Positions 13,801-26,369 of a DNA stretch of 64,000 nt are shown piece by piece. The stretch comes from Podarcis erhardii (Eukaryota): NCBI GenBank assembly GCA_964252035.1, contig OZ176203.1, one strand, 5' to 3'. The notes beneath the pieces were generated by a model. That model saw only the letters and a list, made by a program, of their open reading frames with translations. It was not told the DNA's origin and ran no database searches. Each line of letters begins with the position of its first letter. The stretch's first letter is position 1. The position numbers and the translations under genes were made by a program.

Positions 13801-14281
13801 TCTAATTTGATCAGGAACATGTCTGTTTTGCTGAAATTAAGCTTCCACTTGTTCTCTCTCATCTCACCCATTACCAGTGTTGGACACTAATTCAGACTTT
13901 GAACACAATCCTTGAATTTAGATGCAAAGGAGTGACAGAGCTGGGCATCATCAGCACACTGTGATTCCCCAAAAACTCAGGTGTCCACATCCAATGGTTT
14001 CATGTAAGCATGATACACAAGATGGGACCCCAAAGGGCTCCACAGGCCAACAACCAAGACAACTACAAGAAAATGCCAGAACCACAATCCCAAGGAGAAC
14101 AAAAACTACTGTAAAACAATGCTTCCAAGTTTATCCCAACCAGGTAGTCTATCCTTCTGCAATGATTTCAACAGTTCAACAAAGGCGGCATGTTTTCATT
14201 TCGGGCATTTGCTTTTTTAGAGTAGAAAACATTCCAAGACTAACGTTTTTCAAACGAAAGAGGAAATGAGTTTTGAATTAC

Positions 14282-14378
14282 CGTGGGATTCTCCTGATCT
14301 TGCATACATTGCACCAACATCCGTTTGATGACATCCAAATAATGCTGCTGTTGATTTCCAAAAATACCAGGAAAGTTC
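14282..14378 (-). CDS. IPO5: Importin-5 coding exon 5 ([32 protein letters not shown])
   Basis: tttag|G...ACG|gtaatt; 97 nt. Confidence 0.96.
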
Positions 14379-14750
14379 CTAAAGGGACAATACAAATGTG
14401 CATATAAGCATCCCTGAGGCCTTAAAAACTTTAGGCAGAGCACCACACATCAAACTGTCTGCCACAAAGTTCTTCTGAGTTGTCAGAGCTCTGATGCAAG
14501 TTCATACTCAGCTCACACAGAGCAATGGTAAGGCCAGTTAAGTCTCACTGTTGCCCCAAGTGAATTGGAACATGCACCAGTATACACTCAATAACTTCCC
14601 TGCGGATGATTACCCACCATTATCCAATTGCTTCTAGGAACCTTGCAACCCAGTCAGAAAGTTATGTTTGAAGATGTGGTTCCTAACAGAAATGTTAAAC
14701 AACCTGGCAATCTTGCATGACCATGCACTTGTCTGCAAATAATAGTATAC

Positions 14751-14853
14751 CAGAAGATGTGCAGTGCAGCTTCACGTAGTCCCACATTTTGAGAGCTGAC
14801 AGAGTCAAACAAAAACTTCAGCCCTTCAGGCCATTGGTTATTGCCATCCTCAT
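14751..14853 (-). CDS. IPO5: Importin-5 coding exon 4 ([35 protein letters not shown])
   Basis: tttag|AT...TG|gtatac; 103 nt; phases consistent. Confidence 0.96.
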
Positions 14854-15409
14854 CTAAAAGAGATAGAATACGAACATAAAGACAGGAATTTTTGAAACCA
14901 CAATAGTTAACCAAAAAGTAATAAATTGTTTCATTCTCTTAAAGGGAAAAACTGCCAAAATTGCATAGCATTTCCTTATAGGCTGTGAACACATTATATT
15001 CGTGCATGGTTGCCAGGAGTATTTTCTAAAGCCCCACAGCACTTGGAGGAGAGATGGGAAAGCTCAGGCACAGTGGAAGATTAGAGAAGATGCTAAACAG
15101 GCCGTCTCTGTAATTGCACCCACACTCTAGAATAACCCACTTGCCTACTTCCTTCACTTGATTTTTTCTAGAAAGTGACAACATTTCTATTTAGGAAAAC
15201 ATTTATGAAAGGATGATGCTGTCTGGTCAAACATGGTCATGTTTCTAGCCTATGATGATTCTGCTAGCTGTTCACCCTTTAAAATTATTATTAGTGCCTG
15301 TTTGATTTACTGTATTTTTCTTTTAAGTTTTCATTGCCTTTAAATGTTTTCAGACACAGCCAGCATCACAGAAATACAATTAAATAATAATAATAATAAT
15401 ATAATATAC

Positions 15410-15602
15410 CTATTAGATTTCTGGCCAGCTCAGCTACAATATCACATATTTTTCTCCTCATACTGGATTGTGTTTCGAGCTGAATAATCAACAGCAATTC
15501 ACTTTTGATAGCAGTTTGAACTTCAGGGGGTAACGTTGGATAAACTTCCTCAAAAGAAGCTGACAAAAGTCTTCGGAGAAGCACAGCAGCCATTTGTCTA
15601 GC
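15410..15602 (-). CDS. IPO5: Importin-5 coding exon 3 (ARQMAAVLL...ELARNLI)
   Basis: aatag|GCT...G|gtatat; 193 nt; overlaps ORF 15366..15593. Confidence 0.96.
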
Positions 15603-16274
15603 CTATTAAGACAGATATACATTGTATGAGGGAGAATTAATTTCAACACAATATATTCCACTTCTGTTCTTTGCTGTTGTTTTCCTACAAAGCATAAACA
15701 AAACACCTAGAAGTTCAGCCAAAGTGCTGACTCTGCCACACCTATTTTTGGCATCTTTAGTCACATAGCTATTTTTTACTCAACTATTTCATGTCACAGT
15801 TGGTATAAGAACTAAACTAGGTGACTGACTCTATGTTAGAAGAACTTAAGAGGCATTTAGTAAATAGTTTCAGCAAATTAAATCAAATGTTTTCTACCAT
15901 ATATTAACATTTATACGGAAACATCATTTGTGAACAGTTAATTTTGTGTTAACATGAAAGAATAAAGTGAATTGTGTACAGATTAGGCATATATTACTCT
16001 ATTGAAAAATATTAATTCAAATGTTACTTTGAATACTTAAGTATTCATTCTTTCTAGCAAGTTATAACTGCAAACTGCAAACTCCAAACCAGAAAAATTC
16101 CAGAATAAGTTCCTCAGAAGGGGGTCAATGGGTATACACTAACCACAGTAATATGAATTATCAGTTATTTCAGCTCAGATATTGACAGTTAATTAGTACA
16201 AGGCATTTGAATCAACACTGGTGGCATGTTCTACTTGAAATACTGTGATGACTGACAAAGGACCACAGCAATTT

Positions 16275-16432
16275 GCCTTATATAAAGTCAGACAAGTGCT
16301 TCATCTAGCTTAGCAGGTCCCCTCCAGGGTTTCAGGCAGGATATTCACAGCCCGACCTGGAGATGTTGGGGATTGAACATGGAAATGTCTAAATGCAAAG
16401 CTGATGTTCTACTATTGAGCTACAGCCCTTCT
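16275..16432 (-). mobile_element. Squam3-like tRNA-derived SINE; related copy at about 42260-42390
   Basis: Minus strand gggctgtagctcaatagtagaacatcagctttgcatt...caatcccc...cctgaaaccctggag. Confidence 0.6.
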
Positions 16433-17365
16433 GTAGGGAATAGGGAGACAGCGAACATGCAATCCTACCAAATGAGCAGCCACATTGTAGTGGACAAGTA
16501 TGCTAAGGACAACAGAAGTAGAATGTGTGGAAGACTGAACCACTTCCATTTGTGTTGTGTGGGAACATCTATGGCAGTGTCAGGCAACACAGGCATTGTA
16601 CAGATTTCTTGATGTATGTCAGATGTGATGGTTCCACCAGCGTACATGCCAGAATACTCACTGTGATTTATTGCAATATTGATATATTTGGTCTTAATTT
16701 TGCATAGTATAGCAACACACGTGCATCTTATACGCATAGCATTTTCAGCTGCCATGACTTACTGATTGCAAATGCTTCTACAACAACCGTTGTTAAGTCA
16801 ATAAGTGAAATTAAAACCTAATGCACAAGCAATAATAGGTTTGGGCAGCAAATATGTTAAGGAGCAATGCAATAAGGAGTAGATTCCAAGACATTATGAG
16901 CCCAGAGGTGCATATTAGATAGGCTGCTTTCAGAAAACAGAATTTCAGACGGCACCAGGAGTCAAAGGGAAAGGGAGAATGCCTTAACTCGTGTACAGAA
17001 GGGAATTTAGGATCCAAGCCAATGTGTCTATCAAACCATTGAAAAAACCAATGGTTTGCCACTGAAACAGGAACTGAAGCTTCCAATCTATGGTGCAAAG
17101 ACAGGAAGGAACTGTATGATCATGCTTGCTTCTTCCCATAAAACCGAACTGTGGTTTAGCATTACTGCAGTAGTGTTTGCCACTGAGACAAATTTCCAAC
17201 AATTCTTCTTTAACTTACTGACATTGATAGCAATATATTTCTTTTCAGGTGCCTATTACAGCTGATAACATTAAATACAATGCTGATTTATTTTACCACA
17301 ACATGAAACAATGCTTCAATTATGCTACTATAAATGTTTTGTAGGGACTACTTCTTAGAAAATAC

Positions 17366-17446
17366 CTCTTCAGCAACCGTAGTATTTCTGACAGCTTGTA
17401 GAAGGAATGTAATTTTAGATTGGCCTGGTATGTTCTCATATGTTTC
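17366..17446 (-). CDS. IPO5: Importin-5 coding exon 2 ([27 protein letters not shown])
   Basis: cgtag|GAA...GAG|gtattt; 81 nt, phase 0-0; continues the IPO5 sequence. Confidence 0.96.
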
Positions 17447-20400
17447 CTACGAAAGAAAAGAGAATCATTAAAAACAAAAACCATGAGGCATTAGTTTGAC
17501 CCTCAAATATGCTCCAATAAGTTCAATTTTTAAATTTACTAGAAAGCATATCACAGAAGCACCTATGTTGAGATTAACTTTCAATTTGAATAAGTTTGAT
17601 CCACCAGCCCTATTGAACAAAGGTATAATTCTAAACAAAAACCTTGAAAATTAACTTTATCATTTCCTTTAGAAAGTAAGACTAACATATCTATCAACAT
17701 CTCTAAAGAGATTAGTGCTTGCTGTGTTCTTAACTCTGTTCTGCCAAATAGCGCTAGTTACTTTAGCCTATGAAGTACTGCTTATTATTCTATCTAGCTC
17801 TTTACTTTGATTTGCCCTGTGAGACAGTCAGCGCTTTCCGTTTTTAACATTAGAATGACTGAGAAATAGGATTTTGTGGAATTGGCTGGAATGAACAATT
17901 CCCAATATTCTTTGCTTCAGGTATTTAAGTATACAGTTGACTTGCAATTTGCATTATTGCAGTTTTACAAACTTGATGGCAGGTCAACAGACATAGCATT
18001 AATTAAATGCACACAAAGTGGAAAGCTTAAGTTCTTTTGCTGTGGAAAGAGCTTTTAAGCTCTCAGGCTTGTTTACCGGCCTCAGGGAAGGTCTCAGATG
18101 GGCTCTGGATCTCGCTGGAACTTCCCAGAGCCCATGCAAGACCCTCCCAGAGCCAAGTAAGGAAAGCGGACAAAGCCCACTTCTCACACTGGCTTAAAAA
18201 AAAAAAAGGTAGCCATGGTCATGCAGGGGTGGTTCCAGGGCTGTTCTGACTATGCATGGTTTCAACTTTAGGCACAACCCACCGTGCCCCCTCCCCCCAG
18301 CGCGACTGCTACACAGGTTGTGTGTATTTACACTGCATATTTAAAATGCAAAGAGCTTCAAGTTGACAAACATCCCTCTTGCATAGATTCCAGAAAACAA
18401 ACACAAAAAAGGTTCAATGTAGCATTGTGGACATTTTCAAAGAAAAATGGAACTCTTCAGCCTAGATCCTGCTAACTCTCCAAAGTAAGCACAGTGGAGA
18501 AGTAAAAGAAATCAAGACTAAGGACTGCCTATTTCCGTATGCAAACCTACTCCAAGAACTAGTGATCTCAATCCTCTCTTCTAATTTGGTGACATCATTC
18601 TCATTCATACTCAGCAGTGGCTGGTGAGGTGAGGTGACTCGCCGTGAAAAACTGCCATTGCACTCTGACAGAGGGCTGAGAGTGATTTCCTTTCCTTACA
18701 CTTTTTGTGCTGGTAGACAGTGACACATCCTTCAATATGCAAATACCTGGTGATGAATGTGGCACCCTACTCCCATCTCCCAGTGCCAAGAAGAGCAGGA
18801 GTTCCCTTTTCTGCTCCCATACACTGTCTACCAGCAGCTTCACCTACCTGACACACTGGCTGTTGCTATTCAGACTACTTTCAGAACCCTAACCCATGTG
18901 GACTTCCACTTAAAGAGCTCTCTGCAACTGGTTGGCTTTCCAGCAGGGGTTGGGTTAACTTTTTTCAGCATTTCATCCTGGGTAACTTTTTTCAGCATTT
19001 CATTCCAGGGACCACACACCACCACTGTCTATGTCCAGAGGCAAAAGGCTTTCCTCTCACATGGTCCTTACAACCTGGTCACATTATGAGCAGCACAAGA
19101 GAATTTATTTTTGCTCAAATGCACCATTTGCCTCTTCTTTCATCTATGTTTCAGAAAACATACATGTATGCCAAGCGGCTTCACAATATTTAAATTGCTT
19201 GTGTTGGTATGTACAATGTTGAAAAATAATGTCTGATCTGTTTTACATTAGGGTACTAAGAACAGATTTTTTTACCCTATTGTTCCCAATGAAAGAATGT
19301 GCTGAACTCTACTGACCGCTCCAGTGATGTAAATGATAAAAGCCCCAGCACAGCCATCCAATGAGAAAATGCTAAGCCAGACGCCGGTATTATTTCAATG
19401 GAACAGAGATTCCCCACTAGGCTTTACAATAAAGGATGTAAAGCACTCCTGTGGGTGGAAATAAAGCACTATCCTGATTTACTAATTACAGAGAAATCCT
19501 GTAGTTCAGAGTTTTCTCTAATAATAAGACACATACAACAGAAAAGGGGGAAAGCTTCATTCAGTACCCTATTGAACACTGAAGCCACTTCACAGATTAG
19601 AAAACACAAAGCTTAAGAGACAGGTTCATTATCTCACGGTTCACGCAACAAGCTCTGCTAAGTTTTCAAGAGATCTACATCCCTCCGGCCACAGTAATTT
19701 GGGGGAAGGGAAAGCACGCATGACACTTATTTTAAGAATCCCTCCTTGATTACCACACAGCAAATTAGCTAACTGTGGACATAAGACTCATTCTTCTTCA
19801 AGGGGGTCCCATCCCTGCCCAGTGTCTTGGAAAGAGATGGCAATCAGAACAGACCCATCTCCCCCAGGTGCTCCAGCCCAGCCCAGAATGGCGCATGCCT
19901 ATGTAAACAAAGAATGACAAAACTTAGAACAACACAGGAACATTGCAGCTGAGGTCATTTTTGTTGCCAACATAAGCAGTATTTAGAGCTACTGTATCTA
20001 CCGATTAGTTTGCTATATAATGTTGCCCAACTTACCACAAACTACTGTACTCAGGTACAGCCAACTACAGTACCCCTCATCTGACCCTCCCCTGTAAATC
20101 TAATGGGAGGGTTGCACCTCCTGAGCCCGTCCCTATAGAAAAGGGAACTGCGACCCCCCAAACCCTTTCCACCCAGGGACGACTGTGGGCAGGATTCATG
20201 CACTGCAGGGGGTGGAACTAGATGGCCCTTGGGAATTCCTTTCCAACCCTACAATGCTACGGCTCTATTCCATTCTACATTTGTCCCAAGGGGTAGTTCA
20301 GCCAGGAAAGCATGAGATTCTTCATCTCAGGGTTGTGGGTTCGAATCCTCCCCCCCCCAAGGTGGGTGAAAAGACTCCTGCATTGCAGGGGGTCGGAATG

Positions 20401-20908
20401 GATGATCCTCGTGGTCCTTTTCCAACAGTTCCATCCTATTAATCTAAGGGCTTGGTCGAGGAGGCCATGGTGGCTCCAGCCTGGGGCGCTTATCTCCACG
20501 ACCAGGGTCAGGTTTGAGGTGGAGAACGAGGAAAAGGAAATAGAAAAGAGAGGGGGGGCAAAGGAGAATAGTGAGAAATCGTGACCAGCACTAGAAATGT
20601 GGGATCGCGCATTAAAAAAATAAAATAAAAATCAGGGGACGTGGAAGGGGAAAAGGTCAGGGTGGATGGGATGGGGAGGCCCATGTTTAGAGAGAGGGAA
20701 CACGGGGGCCGGATTTCCCAAGCTGAAAGAGGAGAAAAGAGGTAAGAGCCGGTGCGAGGCGGAGGTGCCGCCCGGGGGGGGGGAGGGCGGTTGGTGGCCG
20801 AAACGCCCCCCAGCCAACGGCTTTAACGGCCGCCGGCGCCGTCTGTGGAGATTCCGGCCGGAGCACGTGGGCCCCGCCAGGGCCGCCCCGCCCGCGCGCG
20901 CACGCCGA

Positions 20909-20940
<32 letters not shown>
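20909..20940. repeat. (AC)n microsatellite in IPO5 intron 1
   Basis: Direct inspection. Confidence 0.95.
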
Positions 20941-20943
<3 letters not shown>

Positions 20944-21067
20944 CGCTGGGAGGCTGACAGGGCAAGGCCGGGTCCGGAGAGCGCGGTCGGGCGAGGCTGG
21001 AGCCGGCGGGAAAGGGAGAGCGGGGAACCGGGGGGGGGGTACGAAACAACGCGAAGCCGCCAGTCAC

Positions 21068-21169
21068 CTCGGCCTGTTTCCGGACGACATTGTCCGGGCT
21101 GAGCAGGTTGCCTAGGAGAAGATAGAACTGCTGCTGCTCCTGCTCCGCCGCCGCCGCCGCCGCCGCCAT
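21068..21169 (-). CDS. IPO5: Importin-5 coding exon 1 ([34 protein letters not shown])
   Basis: ATG at 21169 in a GCC-rich Kozak context; matches the known IPO5 N-terminus; donor GAG|gtgact; 102 nt. Confidence 0.97.
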
Positions 21170-22004
21170 GGCTGCCTGAGAGAGAGAGAGAGGCCAGCCG
21201 GGCAGGGAGGAGGGAGGAGGGAGGCAGGAGGCGGGGTCTCCAGGCCGCGCACCGACCACAGGGAGGCGGAGCCGCCGCCGCCGCCGCGCTTCTGATGAAC
21301 TTCTCCCCGCCCCTGCCGGCAACACAGACGCCCCCTCCCTACCGCCCGCCTCCTGCCGACGCCGGGCTGCTGCTGCGGCGCTCCCATTGGGTGCAGGGCG
21401 AAAGGCGGCCTTGCTCCCATTGGGCCGCGGCCCAGCCGCCTTTGTGATTGGGCGGGAAAGCGCCATTGTGAAGTCACTTCCCTCTCGCCTCCCTTAGTCC
21501 GTCTCCCCCTCCCTTGCGGGAGGGGCGGGAGGAGGGAAGCGGTTTGCTTCATCGAGCTGGGCGCCCATTGGCGGGAGGCCCTGGCAGAGGTTCTCTGACT
21601 GGGCGGGAAAACAGTCGGGCGGCCAATAAGGAGGGAGTGGGGGGCGGGGGAGAGAGTAGGAAAAAGGCGGGAGAGTGTGAGGGGACTTGGCCGGCGGGAA
21701 AAGGCCGGCGCGTTGCTCCTGATCTTCGTTGTGCGAAGCGAGCGCGTCGGCTTTGTGTTGTGACCTTACCGCCCCGAGTAGGAAATACTGTGTCCTATAA
21801 GCACAGACCCTCCAAGTGCCCCTATTTTTCCAGAAACCGTTGCGGTTTCTGATCTGCCCCGCTTTTCCTTAGGACGTCCCAGTTTTCATCCGAGAGATGC
21901 TGGAGGTTATGGTAGGACGTCCCTATTTTCCATATTTTCATCGGAGAAATGTATACGAGTTATGCGACCTCCCCTAGCCAAGGAGACGAGTAACTATACA
22001 GCCT

Positions 22005-22110
22005 TTGTCAAAACAAAACAAATTCCTTCCAGTAGCACCTTAAAGACCAACTAAGTCAGTTCTTGGTATGAGCTTTCGTGTGCATGCACACTTCTTCAGA
22101 TACACAGGTT
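22005..22110 (-). mobile_element. Penelope-like element terminal fragment
   Basis: gtagcaccttaaagaccaactaag...gagctttcgtgtgcatgcacacttcttcagatac; a second copy is at 62335-62452. Confidence 0.65.
22066..22103 (-). ncRNA. Minimal type I hammerhead ribozyme motif within a Penelope-like element fragment
   Basis: Minus strand reads GUAU-CUGAAGA-A-GUGUGC(AU)GCACAC-GAAA-GC-UC-AUAC: stem I GUAU/AUAC, stem II hairpin, palindromic AGCU stem III. Confidence 0.7.
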
Positions 22111-22346
22111 TTAGCAGACATCTGAAGTTTTCTAATATTACGGTTTTATATATGTTGGAAGCCGCCAAGAATGGCTGGGGCCACCCAGTCAGATGAGTGG
22201 GGTATAAATAGTAAAAATTATTATCATTCCTATTTTCATCAGAGAAATGTTGCAGGGTATGTAAGCAGCCCCTGACTGGGGGTGAGAAAGAATTTTGCCC
22301 CATTTTGGGTACCCTGCGCTGGGAAAGGGCCCGTTTTGCCTATTTA

Positions 22347-22561
22347 CAGTGGTACCTCAGGTTACATACGCTTCAGGTTACAGACTCCGCTAACCCAGAA
22401 ATAGTACCTTGGGTTAAGAACTTTACCTCAGGATGAGAACAGAAATCGTGCGGCGGTAGCGGGAGGCCCCATTAGCTAAAGTGGTACCTCAGATTAAGAA
22501 CAGTTTCAGTTTAAGAACAGACCTCCGGAACGAATTAAGTACTTAATCCGAGGAACCACTG
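22347..22561. mobile_element. Tc1/mariner (Tigger/pogo-like) MITE; same family at 42002-42243, 46390-46609, 49842-50099
   Basis: cagtggtacctc...gaggaaccactg TIRs flanked by TA. Confidence 0.85.
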
Positions 22562-23354
22562 TATAGGCCATCATATATATAAATGGCATTAATATTATTA
22601 AGATTAATAGGTATGTTTTCCCACCATCTTGATTTGTGGACCCTGTGATTTTTATGGGACTCGTGTCAGCTCCAGCTAGAATAGCCAGTAGGCAGGAATG
22701 ATGGGGGATGTCTGGAAGGCAGAAGATTCCACATTTCGACACTATGGTTCACATATCGTACATGCTTGCATAGGAGCCAGCTCCTAGGCACCAAGGTTGC
22801 CTTGGACCCCCCCAATAAAATATGTGAGGGGGCCAGCTCCCATCCCCCAGTCGTTGGGCATTGCTATTCACATGATGTGTGTGCGCCGTGTCTTGTGATT
22901 GATTATGTAGGGTGGGGCTTACATGGGCCCTCCAGTATTTTGTTCTGGTTGGCACCTCTGTGTGCCCGAGAGTAACTCCCATTGCTGAGTAGATATCTGT
23001 AGGACTGCACTGTGATTTTTTGATTATAGGTTGCTGCATGTCATCTTGCTATGCTCTCGCTCTAAATGATGACACAGCTGTCAAAACTGCCTTCCTTACT
23101 GCCCATAACCATCTTGCCAGATAGTGAATGTGGCCAAATGTGTGTCAAGTAGTTCTGTTGTGTGGTTAAGCATGCTTTAGGTTTTTGCTCCAAGGAAGTC
23201 GTTGCAGTCAGCTTCTCACCCATGAAAGATAGGGCGAATGAATGCTACATATAATGGATGAAGAAAAACCTTCTGCAATTGGGTATTTGTGTGTGTAGGA
23301 TGAAAATTATAAGAGAACATACTTGGTATGATTGCACAAATATCCTTATTTTTA

Positions 23355-23802
23355 TTTTTTTTTATTTTTTTTTTATTTATTTTTTTAAATAATTTTTATT
23401 GATTTTACAACATAAACAAAAAACAAATAAACATAACACGACTTCCCCAAACCTCCCCATCCCTGCATCCATATTTTAAAAATTTTTAGCAATTCTTCAT
23501 CCCATTTTTATATTTAATTCTCTTTAAAAAAATTCTATTTTATAAATTTCAATTTATAGCTGTAATTCTTTGTATCCAATCCCTTGACATCTTAACATTC
23601 CGAAATTTTACAACAATTTTTAAGATAGATTTTAAATTTTTTCCAGTCCTCCTCCACTGTCTCTTTCCTCTGGTCACGAATTCTGCCGGTCATCTCTGCC
23701 AGTCCCATAAATTCAGTCACCTTGGTCTGCCATTCTTCCAGAGTAGGTAATTCTTTAGTCTTCCAATACTTCGCCAAAAGGATTCTTGCTGCTGTTGTTG
23801 CA
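23355..23802 (-). mobile_element. 5'-truncated L1-clade LINE with poly(A) tail and 17-bp TSD
   Basis: TSD aaatatccttattttta at 23338-23354 and 23803-23819; ORF2 end AARILLAKYWK...WQTKV; T-rich head. Confidence 0.85.
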
Positions 23803-25219
23803 AAATATCCTTATTTTTATAATCTGTAAAATGCACAGTGGTGAACACAGAAAGATTGGTATCCCACAAAACTTTGTAGAGTCCCAGACCATTACAGAAT
23901 ATAGAGTTCTGAGAGTTTTGTGGAAATCATGTGATCTAGTCTTAGCATTTCATTGTCAATTAAATCACAGTACATGATTTCATATGATGACAGTATGGTT
24001 GTGTCCTAGCCTAGTGCAAGTAATCTTCGAGCACTTCTATGGCAAAAGTAGTTTTTACTTTCTTTTGAGCCATCAAAACAACTTGTTCCCGTTGGTAGAG
24101 ATAGCAAGCCTTTCATTACTGTCCTTTGCTTGTCTACTCCAGCACAAGTGCCATAGAATTAAATGGAACCTACTCCCAGGGATGTATGTGTGTGTGTAGG
24201 CTTGCAGCCTTTAGCCAGTTACACTGAATCTAGAGTTGCTGTCTCCATGTAATTCCCTATCCCCTCCCAGCTATTCTAAACTCCGTTCAAATTTTGTTTT
24301 CAAAAATCAAGGTTATTCCATGGCTGTCTTCTTAAGGGTTAAACATGAGGTGCATCATCATAATTATTGCATCACCACTTTGTCACAATGGTGACAAGTT
24401 TTTCAGTCCTGTTAACCCCTATGATTAAAAATGCAGTAAAGATTGATCATGTTGCTGTTGCTAATGAGAGTGACATATCTGTAAGACCTCCAGTGCTATT
24501 ATTCTAGAAAAAGAGGTGCCGGAACTTGCCATGAACACCTTCCTTGTTCTCTTATAATGGCAATGCTGCCCAAGTTCTCATTGAAAAAAAGCCTTGTGAG
24601 GAGATTTGTAACTAGCCCTAGAGATATTCTGCTCCAACTCTACCTTTGGCTTCTTTGTATTTTTTTAAAAAGTTTTTTCTACCATGATAGCTGCTACTCA
24701 GGTATCAGGTTAAAGGGGGGAAAGTCAAAGATAAAACCTGCACACTTGTTTGAAATGGAATGGTACCGGCTTCATAATTCCATGAAAATTGGCAAGAAGA
24801 AGGGAGAAATGTTTTGGCACCTTCAATATTATTTGGGTTAGCAAGCTTGAGAGAACCCCAAGGTTTGCAGAAGTACAAATATATATTTAGGGGGAAAGTC
24901 CTAAGGAGGGACTCCCCGCCCCCCACAAAAAGGCAAATTGAGGACTGAGTGGATATAGAATGCTGATGGACTGCTGGAAAAAAACAGTGCAGGAGAATAA
25001 TGCCCAGCAGCTATGGAAAAGTGCATGGCTGGTTGGCATTATTCCTGAGCGGCATCTCTCCAGACAGCACCAATTAGTTGCAGGTCTCATTTGTTAATTT
25101 CAAATATCAAGCTCATGATAAATATTTTATAAAAAATAATTCAGAGAAATCTATGATGAATGCACAAGCACAGATAACATGGTGAGGAGCTGGGTCTTGC
25201 TACAAAACAAAGAAATCCA

Positions 25220-25730
25220 TCAGAATTGCTTTATTCCTCCAAACCCAAGTTTTAAAAAATTACAATATATATCAAAATACAGGCATACAAAGAAAAATAT
25301 GAGGGTATTATAAAGCTGTTATAGGAATTCTAAGGTCTTAAATATAGAACAAATGTTGATAATTGCATACATACCTAAGTATATAAACCACATACCGTAC
25401 AGGGGAGCAATCCAAAAGCCATTTTGGTTCTCCTAAAGATTCTAAATACGGTATTTCCTCTGCCTCCTTAATCCCCCTTGCCTGAGACCAGGTAGGCAGA
25501 TAGCAATCAGGGGAAGTTCCTGAAGGGATTCCTCTCCTATATCTATGAGGCACAGTAACCCCACCTTATGTGTGATGTAATTTCTGGCTGTTTGTGGGGG
25601 TGGGGTGGGTGTCCTTCTGCAAGCCAAAATGCAAATCCTTAAAAAGAGATGTTTCTTCTTGGTTCGGGGTCTCTCCTGCGTCCTTGCAAGGAGGGGAGGG
25701 AACTCTGCTGCAACACTGCATCCTGCCTCC
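25220..25730 (-). mobile_element. Probable L1-like 3' fragment
   Basis: Broken minus-strand ORF (RICILACRR...) followed by an A/T-rich tail. Confidence 0.4.
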
Positions 25731-25855
25731 ATCCATTCATTTCTGACCGATCATGGACTTAGGGCAGGCATGTCCAAAGTCCGTTTTGGGGGACTAATTC
25801 AACCCGCCAGTCGATTTAATCCAGCCCCTGTGGCAGTATGCAGTATATGTCCTGG

Positions 25856-26160
25856 GGTGGGTTAAACCACAGAGCCTAGGGCTTGCTGATCAGAAGGTCG
25901 GCGGTTCGAATCCCCGTGATGGGGTGAGCTTCCGTTGCTTGGTCCCTGCTTCCGCCCACCTAGCAGTTCGAAAGCACATCAAAGTGCAAGTAGATAAATA
26001 GGTACCGCTCCGGCGGGAAGGTAAATGGCGTTTCCGTGCGCTGCTCTGGTTTGCCAGAAGCGGCTTTGTCATGCTGGCCACATGACCCGGAAGCTGTACG
26101 CTGGCCAATAAAGCGAGATGAGCGCTGCAACCCCAGAGTCGGTCATGGGTCCCTTTACCT
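25856..26160 (+). mobile_element. Sauria (Squam1) SINE
   Basis: tRNA-like head gttaaaccacagagcctagggcttgc, conserved body, ccctttacct tail. Confidence 0.88.
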
Positions 26161-26369
26161 AAAATCCTAAAAAAAGCTCAACAACTTTGGTTGGCCCTCA
26201 CTTCATCAAATCTGGCCCACTTTGAAAAAAGTTTGGGCACCTTAGGGGACTTGGGGAGTTGGGCAGCAAAAGCCAACCACCCCTATTTTTTCTACATCAA
26301 AGCCAAATATAAAGTATAACCATCACTTTCTATTCATGTATTTAAAATTTGATATATGAATTGTAGAGC

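Larger units (their letters stand above)
20620..21900 (-). promoter_or_regulatory. IPO5: IPO5 CpG island/promoter with clustered CCAAT (NF-Y), GC boxes and E2F-like TTTCCCGC sites
   Basis: Very GC- and CpG-rich; ATTGG at 21386, 21419, 21447, 21567; CCAAT at 21623; GCGGGAAA near 21452, 21603, 21694; spans coding exon 1. Confidence 0.85.

Noticed and set aside
907-21067. Intronic snoRNAs in IPO5
   Set aside because: No convincing C/D pair with a terminal stem or H/ACA double hairpin was seen by eye; an Infernal Rfam scan would be needed to exclude them.
21170-21466. In-frame 99-codon upstream extension of IPO5 (ORF 20687..21466)
   Set aside because: The upstream ATG lies beyond the CCAAT boxes at 21386-21451, so it is probably not transcribed; long open frames are expected in GC-rich CpG islands.
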